This document shows positions 1 through 36,293 of a stretch of 64,000 nt of DNA, one piece after another. The position numbers were made by a program, and so were the translations under genes. Within the stretch, counting starts at the first letter, position 1. Each line of letters starts with the position of its first letter. Source of the stretch: Lama guanicoe. Taxonomy: Eukaryota. The notes beneath the pieces were generated by a model that did no database searches, was not told where the DNA came from, and saw only the letters and a list, made by a program, of their open reading frames with translations. The stretch lies in assembly GCA_013239625.1 (NCBI GenBank), contig MU054212.1, positions 5,552,270 to 5,616,269 on the forward strand. The letters run 5' to 3'.

Positions 1-1113
1 GTACCGAACTGAATGCTGTAACCCTAGCAGTTCATGCAGTGTGCAATGCGAAAAGCAAATTGCAGATGTTAAGTGGTCCGAAACGAGACAAATCAAAAAG
101 CTGAACGTATATGTCTTCTTTAAAAACTTCTCAGGCAACTGTACAACTTCATTTATTGAATCTTTCCAGCATCTCACACCTCAAGACCAAGATTCCACAC
201 TATTGTCTCACATAGATATACCCCGCTTGGTTTAAACTCATTCCCAGCACCTGACGGACACAGAAACAGGCAGAGGAATCGGCACTTGTTTTTGCTGTCT
301 AATTGAGTTCCCCTTCAACTAAAACAAAAATAATAGAAATAGAAGTTGTCATAGAAGTCTTGGCAGCAATACTAAATCCCTGTGATCTAATTACATAAAA
401 ATAAATCAGCCAAGGAAATAAGAACACCAAACCTCTGGCCATTGATTTTCTATGTCGTGTTTTTGAAGGAAGCTCTAAGTTTTATTTTTTTTCCCAGTAC
501 TTTCCTAGAGGCCAACATCCTTTTGTTTTCTAAATCCTTCCTGCTCTAACCATCGATATGCATTTCGTAGGGAATTTACTTGTTCCTGATCCACATACCA
601 GGCTGCAAATCAAAGCTGAAGCAGTGTTAGCATTACTCTTTCATATATCTGCCCTCAGGCTTGTTTCTAACCTACATTAGACCCTGAAAGCCTCCATTAA
701 AGTTCTTCCCACACTGACCAAAGCCTGTAGTCGTTTTATTGCTGTGGCCAGAAAAAAATAAATAAAACCATTATGCTGATGATCTGTGAATAATTAAATA
801 CAACATTTTTACAGTACAACTGGCAGTTTCAATATATAAAAAAGACTGGGCCCAAAGTTGAAGCCATGAAACACTGGAAATAGAACATAATAATGACACC
901 TCGAAGGATTTTTCCTAAGTAACACTATATGGCCAAATTGAAAGGGCACATATCCCCATGGGGTCAGTGTCATTTTATCTGTCCCCTGGGACGGATGACA
1001 CTTCATATATTGTAAGTTACCTGATTTCAAAACAACTTTGCCGGAAAAAGACAATTATAGTTGGTTAGGCCAATTTATCCTTTGTATTTATTTTGAAAAG
1101 ACAAATGGTTTAC

Positions 1114-24400
<23,287 letters not shown>

Positions 24401-25235
24401 GGGAGGACTCGAGGGGGGGCAGGTCGCCGGCCGAGGCACCCGGAGGCCGGGGAGGGAGGGCGCGGCGGGGCGAGGGGCCGCGGCCCGGGCGCAGGCTGGG
24501 CAGGCCGCGCCGCAGCGGTGCGAGGCAGAGGAAGTGGAGCGCGCAGGCAGCCGCTTTTCTTGGCTTTTCTGAAGCTCCTGCCTCTGAGCCCAGGGGCTTT
24601 TCCTCTGACCGAGGGTGGAGCTCCAGGCGCGTCCGAAAGACACTGATCGGCCCCTCCTTGGTATTTTCTTAAGTCTTCATTTCTGGAAGAATGCAACAGG
24701 TGGGAACTCCCTCTCGCCGCCACCCTTTTACCTGCGCTAGGTGTTTCTCACCGGTGGACGCCACCTATATGCCCCATCTCCCCCCCGCCCCGGTGTCCGC
24801 CTGGAGGATTAACAGCTGGCCCTGCCCAGCCGAAGCCCTGACTGTACAAAGACTCACTCCCTGAGCGCGCCCGGCCCGGGAAGGGGCGCGGACCCGAGCG
24901 CGCTCACGGCCCCGACTCCGCCCAGCGCGCCGGGTTCAGTTTCGGACCTGCAAAGGCCGCCGGGGAGCTGCAGAGGTCGCATTTTGTGTCACAGCTGCCC
25001 ATGGCCCACCTGTTAGAGGGCTGACCCCAGGGTGACTGTTTTACATACTCTTTGCTGCAGTGAATTTACTGCAGACATTCAAGTGCAGTTCAGACAGGGT
25101 TTTCATCTGTGACACACCTTTCTCGGGGTCTTGTTTGGGTTTTGTTTTGGTTTGGGTTTTTTTGTTTTGTTTGTTTTCTTCTTAAAGAAATTTCATGGCC
25201 AGTATGGCAATGATGCAAGAAAATTACAATAATAA

Positions 25236-25280
<45 letters not shown>
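25236..25280. repeat. (GATA)n tetranucleotide repeat, about 11 units
   Basis: Read directly; about 0.85 kb upstream of the DSC2 ATG. Confidence 0.95.
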
Positions 25281-28200
25281 ACGAACAAGGGAATCCAGGC
25301 ATCAAGTGTGAATTACTATAGAAAATGCATCTCCTGAGGTCCTAGACATTGGCTAAATGTGGCCACTGATTTTCTCCAAGACCCTCCCGTGTTGTAGTTA
25401 AAGCCAACCAGTGACCCGCTTATAACTTATCTCCTAAATTAGACTCCCGGACGTCTAGCGGAGCTTTCTCTCTTCCTTTCCCAACACCAAAGCCAGAGTC
25501 GGTGGGAAAGAAAGAAAAAGAATAGGATAAAATATATGTTTTGGTTTGAAGCATTCCTTAACTGGATGGATTATAGCAGTGCTTAATTTAGAAGATTAAA
25601 GTATAAAAGTGAGTTGCTTGCAGCCCTTCAGAAAGCAGTGACAGGGCCTCTGACTCATCTTCCTGCCCCTCTTTTCAATTACTGGCTTAAACCAGGAAAG
25701 TCTGACTACAAAGGAGAAACCTGTCTGTTCCATTTCATTTGGTTTGGCTCTGCAGAGATGCGTGGAGAAACCTGTTTGAAAAGCCACCAGTGCACTCTCA
25801 TTTCAGTTTTTGAAAGTACGTACCATCCTAATGTCATCATACACAGAACCAAAATTCTTACCATATTGACCATATATTTTAATTTAAAATGTATTGTCAG
25901 ACGGTACCTGCCTTACATTCTATGTATTAGTCCTATGCTCTATTTTATTACTGAATGACACATAATGAGCTGTTCTATTGTCTTCATATTTATAAAAGTT
26001 CTCATTGAAACTTTACTTGTAAAATAAGCCTGGGTCATCAGCATGAGACTATGATCAACATCTTTCTGCTTCCATATTTATTAACCCTCATGTTTTTCCA
26101 GCCATGATTTCACAAACACACTTCATCCTATTAATGATGATGTCGTGATCTCTAGCATGAAGCTCTCCAGAGGAAGAGAAGCAAGCGAGTTTCAGGTTCT
26201 AGAAGTCTGCTCAGGCTATCATCACAGTCCTCGACAACAGGACACTTTCAAACTCTTGCCTATACCTTAACTTCCAGTGCCTAAGGGTGGCCGCGTTTTT
26301 CCACATTCCAGAAAAGGGGAGAAGAGCAATTTGAAAAGAACTCGCCTTAGGTATTTATTTTCATCTTTCACACTAAATAACTGAGCTTATTAAAATGGGT
26401 ATTTGTTTCTTTGTGTTTTCATTGTGAATTTTTTTTAAACAAATGAAATACAAATTCTAAACAAGGGGGCCCACTTTATTTAATGGATTGAGATTAGACT
26501 ATCTGGCTTCTGAAATAGATTCTTCTGTAATTCAATTTTGAAGCAACAGGTATAAATTTGGAGACAATGAAATGTAAGAATAGGACTTTTTTTGTTGTTG
26601 TTTTAAGAATGCCTTTAGGTTGTGAAGGTGATTCTGCGGACTTGAACTGGTTTTCCATTGTGCTATAGTAAAGGATGTGCGAGACCAAAAGTTAGGACCG
26701 AGTTCCTTTGTGTCTTGGGCCCCTCATGTAATCTCAGCCCTCTGCACTCCCATTTGTTAAGTAAGATAATTAAAGTAACACGGGATGCTGTCTAGGGTAA
26801 CTTCCACATCCAAAATTAAACTATTTAGACTTCTTGTGGCCGATTTTTGAGAAGGTTGGCTACACATGGGTGTTCCTTTCCAGATAGAAAGTCAGAACCA
26901 GGATTGTCCTTAAAGAGATGGACAAACAGCAACCCAAGACCCTCGGGGCACATCTCTGCAGCCTAGCTTCACGATTTTCTAATTTCGGAAAGCAGAAACT
27001 GTCCGTCAATGATTGACAACAAAAAACACCCCACTTCCTCACTGATGTGTCCACAGAGACAGCTTTCTCTGCATGATTCCACTATGGCAGCCTGGAGAGG
27101 AAGGCCTATGTGGACATGGGATCCTTAGGGTGAATCAATCGTGGTGTGGCCAGTGGCACAGAATGGAAGCCCAAAGCAAAGGAAACAGACCTAAGGGAAA
27201 AAAACAAGATTAGAGGACACTGTCTGGTTACTCTACAGGTGAAAGTACAGAGGAAAACATCTGACAACCACAATAAAATGAGCACAGTTAGAATATTTAC
27301 CTCTCAGAGTTGTTCCAAGATTAAGTGACAGGATGTACGAAAAACATGCAGAATAGAACCTAACATATTCTAAGCGGTGGGTAGTGTGGGTGTCCATCTT
27401 CTCCCCACTGCTGCCGTTTCTTTACAGCCCACTCATCGCCCACCCCGCCTCATCCATGTGACAGCGCCCTGTTCTCTCCTCAGCTCCTGGTCTAGGGCTG
27501 AACCCCAGTGTTAATTCATTCACTGCTCCCAAATCCTTCAACCCTCTTCTCCTCAACACGACCCCTGGACCTTGTCTGATTCAAATGGATTAACTGCACA
27601 ACACTAAGATGCTGCAGCTTGTGCTAGTTTTGTACTTTCTGAAAATTTGGATCAACTTTTTTTTTAAAGAATCCCTTTATAATGGAAGACAAGTTTTAAA
27701 ATGCTGCATTGTCCAAAAAATAGCATATTTATTTTGTAGTGCTGTCCACATTTCTTTGATGTTCTCTTCGAAACTGTCCCAAATAAAAGAGGGTACGAAT
27801 CACATTCAGTTTCCATTACCTTTCAAATTATGTTTTTGAAATAAATAAGGGATAGAGTACTTTCACTTAGTAGACCCTCAGTAAAAACAAGCCAATGAAT
27901 GAATTCTGAGGCTGTTGTATCGCAGGTGACCAGGGATGGTTTCCTGTGTCTGCTCTGCCTTAAATAAAGGAGGCCATTGACACATCTCCCCTACCCCAGT
28001 ACTATGAAGGAACAAACTACAACATTTGCAACTGTTTGCTTTACTAATTAACTAATTTGACAAGTATTTGTTGAGTGCCTACTATGTCCTGGGCATTGTT
28101 CTCAACACTGGGAATGCTGTGACAAAAACAGAAAGGACATGTGCTCCATCTAGAGAAATGTATTGGGTTGGACAGGCAGTCTCCGCCTGCCACTTACCTC

Positions 28201-29139
28201 TGCTGACTCCTTCGTAAAAGAAAAGAGAAGACTAATCTCAAGGTAAGAGCGAAATGATAATATACTCAGCATTCTATAAGGATGAAAAATCGCTAACACA
28301 AATGTCATTCGTTAAATCTGCTCATGAATTATGAAACGTTACTTTCTTCGTAAATGGATCTGGGGGCAAGAAACTCGCTATTTCGTGAGATCACCTCGTC
28401 TCGGACTTATTTGCTCTCTGCTTTTTTGGCAGCATCGTCCCCTGTTTCCTTCCTCCCCTTGCTGGCTGTGTCTCCGCACTCTCATTGCCCGGCTTTTTCC
28501 GCGCTCTCTGACCTCTAGATATCGCCGCCTCACACAAACACATCCGCATTTTCTCAGACCTCTGTACTCAAGTGGCTCCTTCCACCAGAGGTGCTTTGTC
28601 TGTGCTCTTCTCTGTACCTGCAACTTTTATTTTTCTCCCCCACCAAGTCAAATCCTCTCTCATGAGGTCAAATCTTCCTCATTAAATGGCTGCTCTTCCT
28701 TAGAGCACTTATCATAATTACGATGTTAAATTTGAATAATTATTTGATTAATTTTGTTTCTCACCAGAGACTACATTTTCGTGACTGCAGTTGACCTTTT
28801 TCTGCTCTCCCTGTATCCTCAGCACTAACCATCGTGAATCTTGGAACATAATACTTGCCTAATAAATGTTTGTTGAATGACTGAGTGAGTGAATGAATTA
28901 CTGACTCCTTAGTGGTTTCTTTCGTAAGTAATCCTTTGTTTTTATTTTTCTGATTTTAATGTTTATTGGCTTATTAAAATGATGTCTTGGGTCAGATTTA
29001 GCAAGGTGGGAGTTTCTAATCTGACCTCAAACATGATGGACATGTATTGGTATATTTATTGAAATGTGAGTTGGACATCCCCAAAATTTCTAGTATGGCT
29101 TCTACACAAGAACAGGCAAATAGGCTAGAGAGTTTTAAC

Positions 29140-29780
29140 TTAAAATTCAGAAAGAGACCAGTGCATAAATAAGGAACTTAAACATATGATATCAAAGTGA
29201 GGACAGCACACATCTCTGAAAAAAGAACAATTATTTAGTGGTGGCATTAGGAAAACTGATTCTTTATCAGGGACAGACAATAATGATTCTCTCCTTAACA
29301 TCACATACAAAGTGGCGTCCGGATGGGTTAAACTTCCTGTAGTGACAAAGATGTAAAGTTAATTAAAGACAATCTAGAATATCTGAATGACCCAGAGATA
29401 GAGAAAGATTTCTGAAATAACACCCAAAAAGCATATACCATAAAGGAAAATTTTAAAGCTACATCGCATTACATTAAAATTCAGGCTTTCTAGTCAACAA
29501 AGGACACCATGAATAAAATTATAGATGAAAGATTAGGAGAAAGCATTGGCTACGACTGAAACAAACAAGAGAAGAATACTCAGAATGTGCAAAGAATTTC
29601 TACACATGACAGTAAACCACAACAGGAAAAAAAAAATGAGCCAAGAGTATGACCGGGCATTTCACAGTAGAGGAATCTCAAAGCCTATGAAGTATATTTG
29701 AAGAAACCAGAGAAACGCATATTAAAATCACAAAATGTCCTTCCACACCTGTTGAACAGACTAAAATTAGGAAGCTGATG
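29140..29780 (+). mobile_element. Old L1 ORF2 3' fragment
   Basis: A-rich; aaagatttctgaaataacacccaaaaagcatataccataaaggaaaa...tacattaaaatt...ggcatttcacagtagaggaa. Confidence 0.7.
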
Positions 29781-29899
29781 CTCCCTTGTCGAAGTTCCTC
29801 CTCAAGGAAATCTAACTCTCCACCCACCCTCCCAGCTGCTACTCACTCACAGTCGAACGTGGCTGGGCATAAACTCACACCCAAGTTCAGGAGTTTCCC

Positions 29900-31560
29900 T
29901 TCAAGGTCACGATCAGGATAGCAGTATTGCCTATATTAAGTACTGCCCAGAGGTCTTACTGTATTTGCCGACACAAGTCACTTCCTCACTCTCCTTGGCA
30001 ATATTTTCATGCCTCCTTATTTCTGCTCAAACCTCCCTCCCACCCTCCTTTATCCTCAGTCTCCATTGCTGTCTTCGCTTTCTACTTCACAGAGGAAACA
30101 GAAATCATCAAGGAGGACGACCAGCTTCCCCAGACCCACCCGGTCTGCATCTGTATGCACATGGCCGTTTCTTCTGCGCTGTGGAAGAGCCGCCTCTGTT
30201 CATGGCTAAGGTCAACTGTCCTCTTGGGCGTTCATTCCCATCTCCTCCCACCTCCTCGGGAACATCGCTCTATTAGTCCTGCTCCTTCTCTCCTACGTCA
30301 TCCATTTAATCCGTCTCTACTTTCCCTGATAGTGTACAAACAAAATGAAACTAAACTCAAGAAACTCCAAAATGCCAGAAATCTCTATCTCTATCTCATT
30401 TCTTCCTTAGTTATCACACCCATCTCCTGTCCTTTAAAGAAAGAAATATGGGGAAAGTTGTTTCATATTTACTGTCTTCAGTTTCTTTCCTCATTATCTC
30501 TTGAACCCTTTCTAATCAGGTTTTCTCTCCCACCACTTCACCAAAGGTGTTTTTACAACCTTTCATACTGCTAAATCTAATGGTCAATTTTCAACTTCAT
30601 CTTACTGTCTTAATTCAGAGAGCTGGTACACCCATCCTCGCATCGTATTCTTCAGTTGGTTTCTGTTTTCCCTTCTCTGCCTCTGTGATGGATTCCTCTG
30701 TCTTCTCTCCGTTACCTCTTACTGGTGAAGTGCCCCCAGGACTCAGTTATTAGACCTTCTTGCTCTGGTTCTATCTCCCCTCAGTCCCTTGTTGATCTCA
30801 TCCAGGCTTCTGACTTCAAACACTGTCTCCATGCTGATGGCTGGCTAATCTAAAGCTCTATCCCAGACCTCTCCCTCCAGGCTCCAGCCGCCTACATGAG
30901 ATCTTGACCGATGTGTCTCATAGGCCCTGCAAAGTTAGTATTTCCAATTCTGATCTTCTCCATTAAAAATGCCGTTTAATCAATGGCAACTCCATCCTTC
31001 CAATTGTTTAGGCCAAAGCATCTTGTAGACTTCCTTGACTCCTCTTTTTCTCTTGTATTTTAAATTCAACCTGTTAGTAAATCCCATGAACTTTACCTTT
31101 AAAACGTACCTGGAATCCACCCCCTCCAAGTAGGTTTTTCAAACACCTCTGAATTGGTCTTTCTGCTGCCAACACTCGTTAGTTCGGTGTGTTTTCAACC
31201 CAGCAGCCAGATGGTCCACGGTAATCAATGAGTTGGATCATAACATTTCTCTACCCAAACTCCTCCAGAACTATTCTAAAACAAAACTTTTTTTGAAAAG
31301 TCCTTCAGAGGCTTCTCCTCTCAGTTAGATCAAATGCAAAGTACTTCCAGTGGTCCGCAGGGCCTTATACACGCCACCGTGTCTCTTTCTGACTGTGACT
31401 CACTACCGTCCCCTCACACAGCCTCATTGGGTCCATTGATGTTCCTTGAATGTGCTGGTTTCCCAACCTCCCTCCAGCCTTTCACTTCTTCACAGAATGC
31501 TTTTCTCTCAGATGCTCCTTCACCTCCTTCAGGTTTTGATCCTTACATCTCCTCCATGAA
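29900..31560 (+). mobile_element. L2 (LINE2) fragment
   Basis: Pyrimidine-rich; ctacttcacagaggaaacagaa, ctgctaaatctaatggtcaattttc, caatggcaactccatccttcca, ccttgactcctctttttctc. Confidence 0.75.
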
Positions 31561-32264
31561 GCCATCCCTGGGCACCCTGATTACATTTCAATCCTATTTT
31601 ACTCTCTGGAAATTTAGCCTGGTCTCTTTACTATGGTCCTTCCCCCCAGCAGGTCTCTGTTTCCTGCACCAAGAGAAGATGGAAACTCTTTTCTGCTTCT
31701 CTGAAGATTTTACCTTAATGTGTTAGCTTCCTGCCCCATGAAGGTTTAGGATTCCACAAATGCCTTGAAGGGAAAACCAGAAGTACGTGAAATCCCTAAT
31801 TCTGCCACTCCGTCCCTCACCATCGCTAAAAGCTCTGCCAGTAGCTCTCTTCCCAGGTCTGCCCTTCTGCTGTGGCCAAGCCTGAACGCTCAGCAGCTGG
31901 TCCTGTCCATTATCTTCAAACGCTCCCCGGGGAAAATGCGAAGTTATCTTACAGAAGATAAGATAACTGCTCTGGTGCTCACCTCTGTGGAATAGGAGCC
32001 CCTCCAGTCCTTGTCAATTCTGCAACTGTCTGCTAGCTCTTAACAGAGCAATTCTGTATTTTATCCAGGTCCTAGTGGGAGCATTGGTCTACCACAGACT
32101 ACTCCATCCTACCATCTACTGCTCACGTTTGACTTGTTTTTCTGTCTTAGCCTGTCTCTCTGTATTGGAATGTAATTTTCACAAGGTGTTAAATTGATCT
32201 CCTCTTTCAGTGCCTACGGCTGTGCCTGTCACAAGCAGACCTTCCGTAAATATTTGTTGATTAA

Positions 32265-32289
32265 ATATATATATATATATATATATATA
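32265..32289. repeat. (TA)n microsatellite
   Basis: Read directly. Confidence 0.9.
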
Positions 32290-32519
32290 CTATCCAACTA
32301 CCTGTAATCCATAGACTATTAAGTTATGATGTCACTTTGAGATAATCATATGTGAAATATTGGCTCTAAGCAAATCCGAAGTTTACACTAGGGCATCTGA
32401 GAAGGAATTCCACGTAGAGGCTGTTACCTGTCAGAACAATTGAAAATGAGACATGAGAGTTTTTATGTAATCTCCAGTTGCAAAAAGCATATGAAAAACA
32501 TTGATAAACAGTAGTCATT

Positions 32520-32668
32520 GGGGGAGGGTATAGCTCAAGTGGTAGAGCGCATGTTTAGCATGCGTGAGGTCCTGGGTTCAATCCCCAGTACCTCCTCTAA
32601 AAAAATAAATAAATGAATAAACTTAATTATCTCCCCCTTCAAAAAAAATTTTAAAAACCCCCCAAAAA
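32520..32668 (+). mobile_element. tRNA-Ala-derived SINE (camelid vic-1-like), full length
   Basis: GGGGAGGGTATAGCTCAAGTGGTAGAGCGC...GGTTCAATCCCCAGTACCTCC head with A and B boxes, A-rich tail; target-site duplication agtagtcat at 32510-32518 and 32669-32677. Confidence 0.9.
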
Positions 32669-32959
32669 AGTAGTCATAAACATGAGGCTCCAACTGAAAA
32701 CAAGTATCACAACTCCTAATTACAAGCATTAATTTGTAATTAGAAGCATTGAAATGTAATTGCATTTCATACAGACAATTCTACGTAACTTGCTCCAAAG
32801 TTACGGAGCAAGGATTACATAGCAGGGATTAATTTATTTACCTATGGTTAATTTTTTCATCTAATCGGTATTGGGGAAGCCAGCTAAAACCATGGATAGA
32901 TATAGAGATAGACAGATAGATGGAGCTATAGATGTGGGTAGATATCCTGATGAAGATTA

Positions 32960-33440
32960 AAATGTGGTTACCAGGGGCTGGGAAGGAAGGAAATGGGAAA
33001 ATGCTAGTCAAAGGGCGCAAGCCTTCAGATACAAGATGAATAAGCTCCGAGGATCTAACGTACAGCATGGTGATTATAACTGATAATACTGTGCTGTGTA
33101 CTTGAAATTTGCTGACAGTAGAATTTACATGTCCTCACTGTACACACAAACAAAAAGACTAACTATATGAATTGATGGGTGTGCTCGTTAACCTGTGTTC
33201 ATTAGGTGGGGGAGGGAGGTAATTAGGTTTATGTGTTCATTTACTTTTTTTAGAGGAGGTGCTGGATATTGAACCCAGGACTTCATGCATGCTAAGCACG
33301 TGCTCTACCACTTTGAGCTATACCCTCCCCCAACCTGATTCTAATAATCATTTTATAAATGTATATTAAATCACCACAATGTATGCCTTATGTATATAAA
33401 TTTTGTCAAATTTACCTCAATACAACTGAAAAAAAAAAAC
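32960..33440 (+). mobile_element. L1MA-type 3' end interrupted by a SINE
   Basis: gtggttaccaggggctggg...ggatctaacgtacagcatggtg...ttgaaatttgct...gtcaaatttacctcaatacaactg followed by poly(A). Confidence 0.8.
33196..33331 (-). mobile_element. tRNA-Ala-derived SINE, same family, inserted into an L1 3' end
   Basis: Reverse complement matches the 32520 copy; aacctg duplicated at 33190-33195 and 33332-33337. Confidence 0.88.
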
Positions 33441-33602
33441 AAACCCGTACAAATCCAATCATTCCCCAAACATTAACCCTGCCAGCCGCTGTGCTACTGT
33501 TCCTAGCTGACCCAATCCACGTCTTGCCCCAGCAGAGTGGACTTTCTAGGAAACACAGTCAGTAAAACAAAAACCTGTTCAAGTACATCAAACCTTCTCT
33601 AG

Positions 33603-34126
33603 GGTTGGGGCTCAGGGCAGGCCACCTCAAAATATTCCACAATGGCTTATAGATTATTTCAGATTAAAGTTACTTAAGAAACAGCCAGCACAAGAGGGAC
33701 ACTCTAACCTTCCTTTCTGTCTCCCTGCAAGCAGGAAATAAATGTCCCTGCATCTGGAGGTAGACAGACACCCTTAGAGCCAGAGACGGGGAATTTGAAC
33801 TGAGACGTCTTTGTAAACAAACTTTGTGACATCTTTACTACCCTAAGCCCAGACTCTGTTTAGATTCTTCACTGATGGGGCACCCAAAACTGAAGTTTCT
33901 TTGTTCTGTCAATTCTTCACAAATTTCTTGTTTTTTTGTCTAAAAAAGTATAAAAGCTACGTGCTTTGGCCACATCTTAGGTCTCATTTCTATGAGACCT
34001 CCAGGCACACAAATTAAAGCTTGTTTTTTTTTTTTTCTCCTGTTCATCTGTCTTGTGTCATTTTTATTATTAGTCCGGCCACTAGAACTCAAGAGGGTAG
34101 AGGGGGAAATTTTCACTTCCCTGACA
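33603..34126 (+). mobile_element. ERV1-class solo LTR (MER34/MER39-like), 524 bp
   Basis: Starts ggttggggctcag (TG mutated to GG), ends ccctgaCA; 4-bp duplication ctag at 33599-33602 and 34127-34130; TATAAAA at 33949, ATTAAA at 34013. Family name from memory. Confidence 0.8.
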
Positions 34127-36287
34127 CTAGCCTCTTCAGGCAGGTATTCTTAATACAGAGCAACCATCTTTAAAATAACCTTCTGAGTATCCTTTATACA
34201 ATTTGCTGCAGCTTCCTGAAAATTTGAATGTACATTTTCCCTACTTTTCATTTTCTATGTCTCAACAGCAACCATCCCCACATAAACTTAACCATTTCCT
34301 CATCCTCTGAGCTCTTCTTTTTTTCTCATCTCTTCATTTCTTTCTTTTTTTTTTGTAACAAACTTATTGAAATACAATTCAGATCCTTCTCTTCCACATT
34401 CACTTTATTTACTTCACCCAATAGTAATCCTTACTATCATATTACTGATTCATTTTCTATAACAAAACCCTAGAGCCTAGAGTGGGGGTGAGGAGCAGGG
34501 ACATTGGGAGGGAAGGAAAGAAGGGTGTAAGAGGGAATGCCTAGCCAGTCCTCACTGAGCAAAGGAAAGATGCTTTGAATATTCATACAGAAAGAAGGAT
34601 TTACACCACTAGTTACTTAGAAGACTGAAAAGTGGTCCCTGCCCTAAATGAGCTTCCGTATTCGGGATGGACTACATGGATATTAGGTAATAAAGCATGC
34701 CAGGTGGAGGTGAGGACTATCAAGTGTGTTCTTTCTTGCCAACTTGGAGACAGGAAGTGCCCTCCTGGAATCTCATAAATACCTCGGGTTTGAAATATCC
34801 CGAACTGAAGCCATCATCTTTCCATAACAAAACCGCTTTGCTTTTCCCCTCCTTGTGGTGAATGGTTTCACCATCCTCCCACTTACTCAAGAAGGAAGAG
34901 GGGAGTCATCCTAGACAGGCTGTCCCTGCCCCGCCCTCACGTCACGTCAGGCTCCAGGTTCACTGCTGTGTTTCACCCCTCGTCTCTCACTCAGCCCAGG
35001 TTCACTGGTCTTCCAGCAATACGCGCCATCCAGCCCATCCTCCCTAACAGGGGTTTCCAAATCGTGTTTCTTAGAACTCTGGTAGGTCTTGGTTTTTGCT
35101 GGTTTCATGTTGGTTTTGGCTGGTTGTTTTGGGCTTCCTTTAGTTTGGGAATCCTTACTCCGACACCACCTAGAACGTCTTTTTCCTCTTTTCTCCGGGA
35201 GCCTTCCCTACTTCCCCGTGGAGGGGAAAGACTTCAAGTCTTGCGTGAGCCTACTGGCTTTGATACGTGCCTCTGTAATTTGTTATCTGAGCAAAGTGTT
35301 GTAATTACTCTATCTAGTCTCTCAAAGTAAACATATGCATAGATATCAAACTTTACAGAACAGTTTTAATAAACTAAGAAGGAATTAAAAGCTCAGCAAG
35401 CCAAGTATTAAAGGGAGTGCAATTATAATAATTATATCAATTTTCATCTATCTTGGTGTTTCCATGGAATTTTTTCGCATGAAATAGTTTGAAATCTGGA
35501 TCAAGATAAGAAAGCTTTAATTGTATATTTTCCTTAACTATAGATTTAATTATTGAAAAACAATTCAGAATGATTAACTTACTGATAATTAACAATTAAC
35601 TAACAATTAACTTACATGAAATAATCCATATAATACAATGTCCTACTAACAAACTAAATTTGTAAGAAGTCCAGCAGTTTCGTAAATTTTATCAGATCAT
35701 ACAATTAACATTTAATCTGGAGTATAAACAGAGAATGACTGTGAATTTTCTAAATAAATCAAAAGGCAGTCATAATTCCCCTGTGAGATAAATTTTAACG
35801 ATATTTTGAAAACATTTTAAATAGTCAAAATTGCTTAACACTAATTCATCTCCCACATTTTCTAATAATTCTGGTAATACTTTAAGCATGTCTTCTCTTG
35901 CTGACTGAGAAATCTTTGTTTGGCCTTTAATTATACTTTATGTTCAGATATAAATTTTCTCTTTCATACGTGAACAAACTTAAAAACTATGAAGACATAA
36001 ACAAACACATGTAAGTTAATGCTTAGCTAATGATTTTTAATTGCTCAGCAAACATTCTGCACCTACATTCAAGAATACAGCTTAGTATGGTATTATGATA
36101 TATTTCCCAAATTTTAATACTATATTTTTAAATTTCAAAACTGGTATCGTTGTCAGAGTAACATGTACATCAGAAAACAGAAATTCAGAAATTGCATTAC
36201 TCTCCAAAATTATTTTACTGACAATGGTTATAAAAATCACACATTGTGGACAGCTTATAAAATGAAAATTTTACTTATTAAAACTTT

Positions 36288-36293
36288 TTTATT
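36288..36293 (-). terminator. Candidate DSC1 polyadenylation signal (AATAAA); a second AATAAA lies at 36592-36597
   Basis: tttatt on the + strand about 1.4 kb past the stop, followed on the minus strand by U/GU-rich sequence. Actual use cannot be read from sequence. Confidence 0.5.

Noticed and set aside
29927..30574. 215-aa + strand ORF, the longest in the track
   Set aside because: It lies in a decayed L2, starts at TTG rather than ATG, and has no recognisable domain or intact reverse-transcriptase motifs.
32521..32595. tRNA-Ala-like sequence as a real tRNA gene
   Set aside because: It has a SINE tail and target duplication, and three dispersed diverged relatives occur in the same window.
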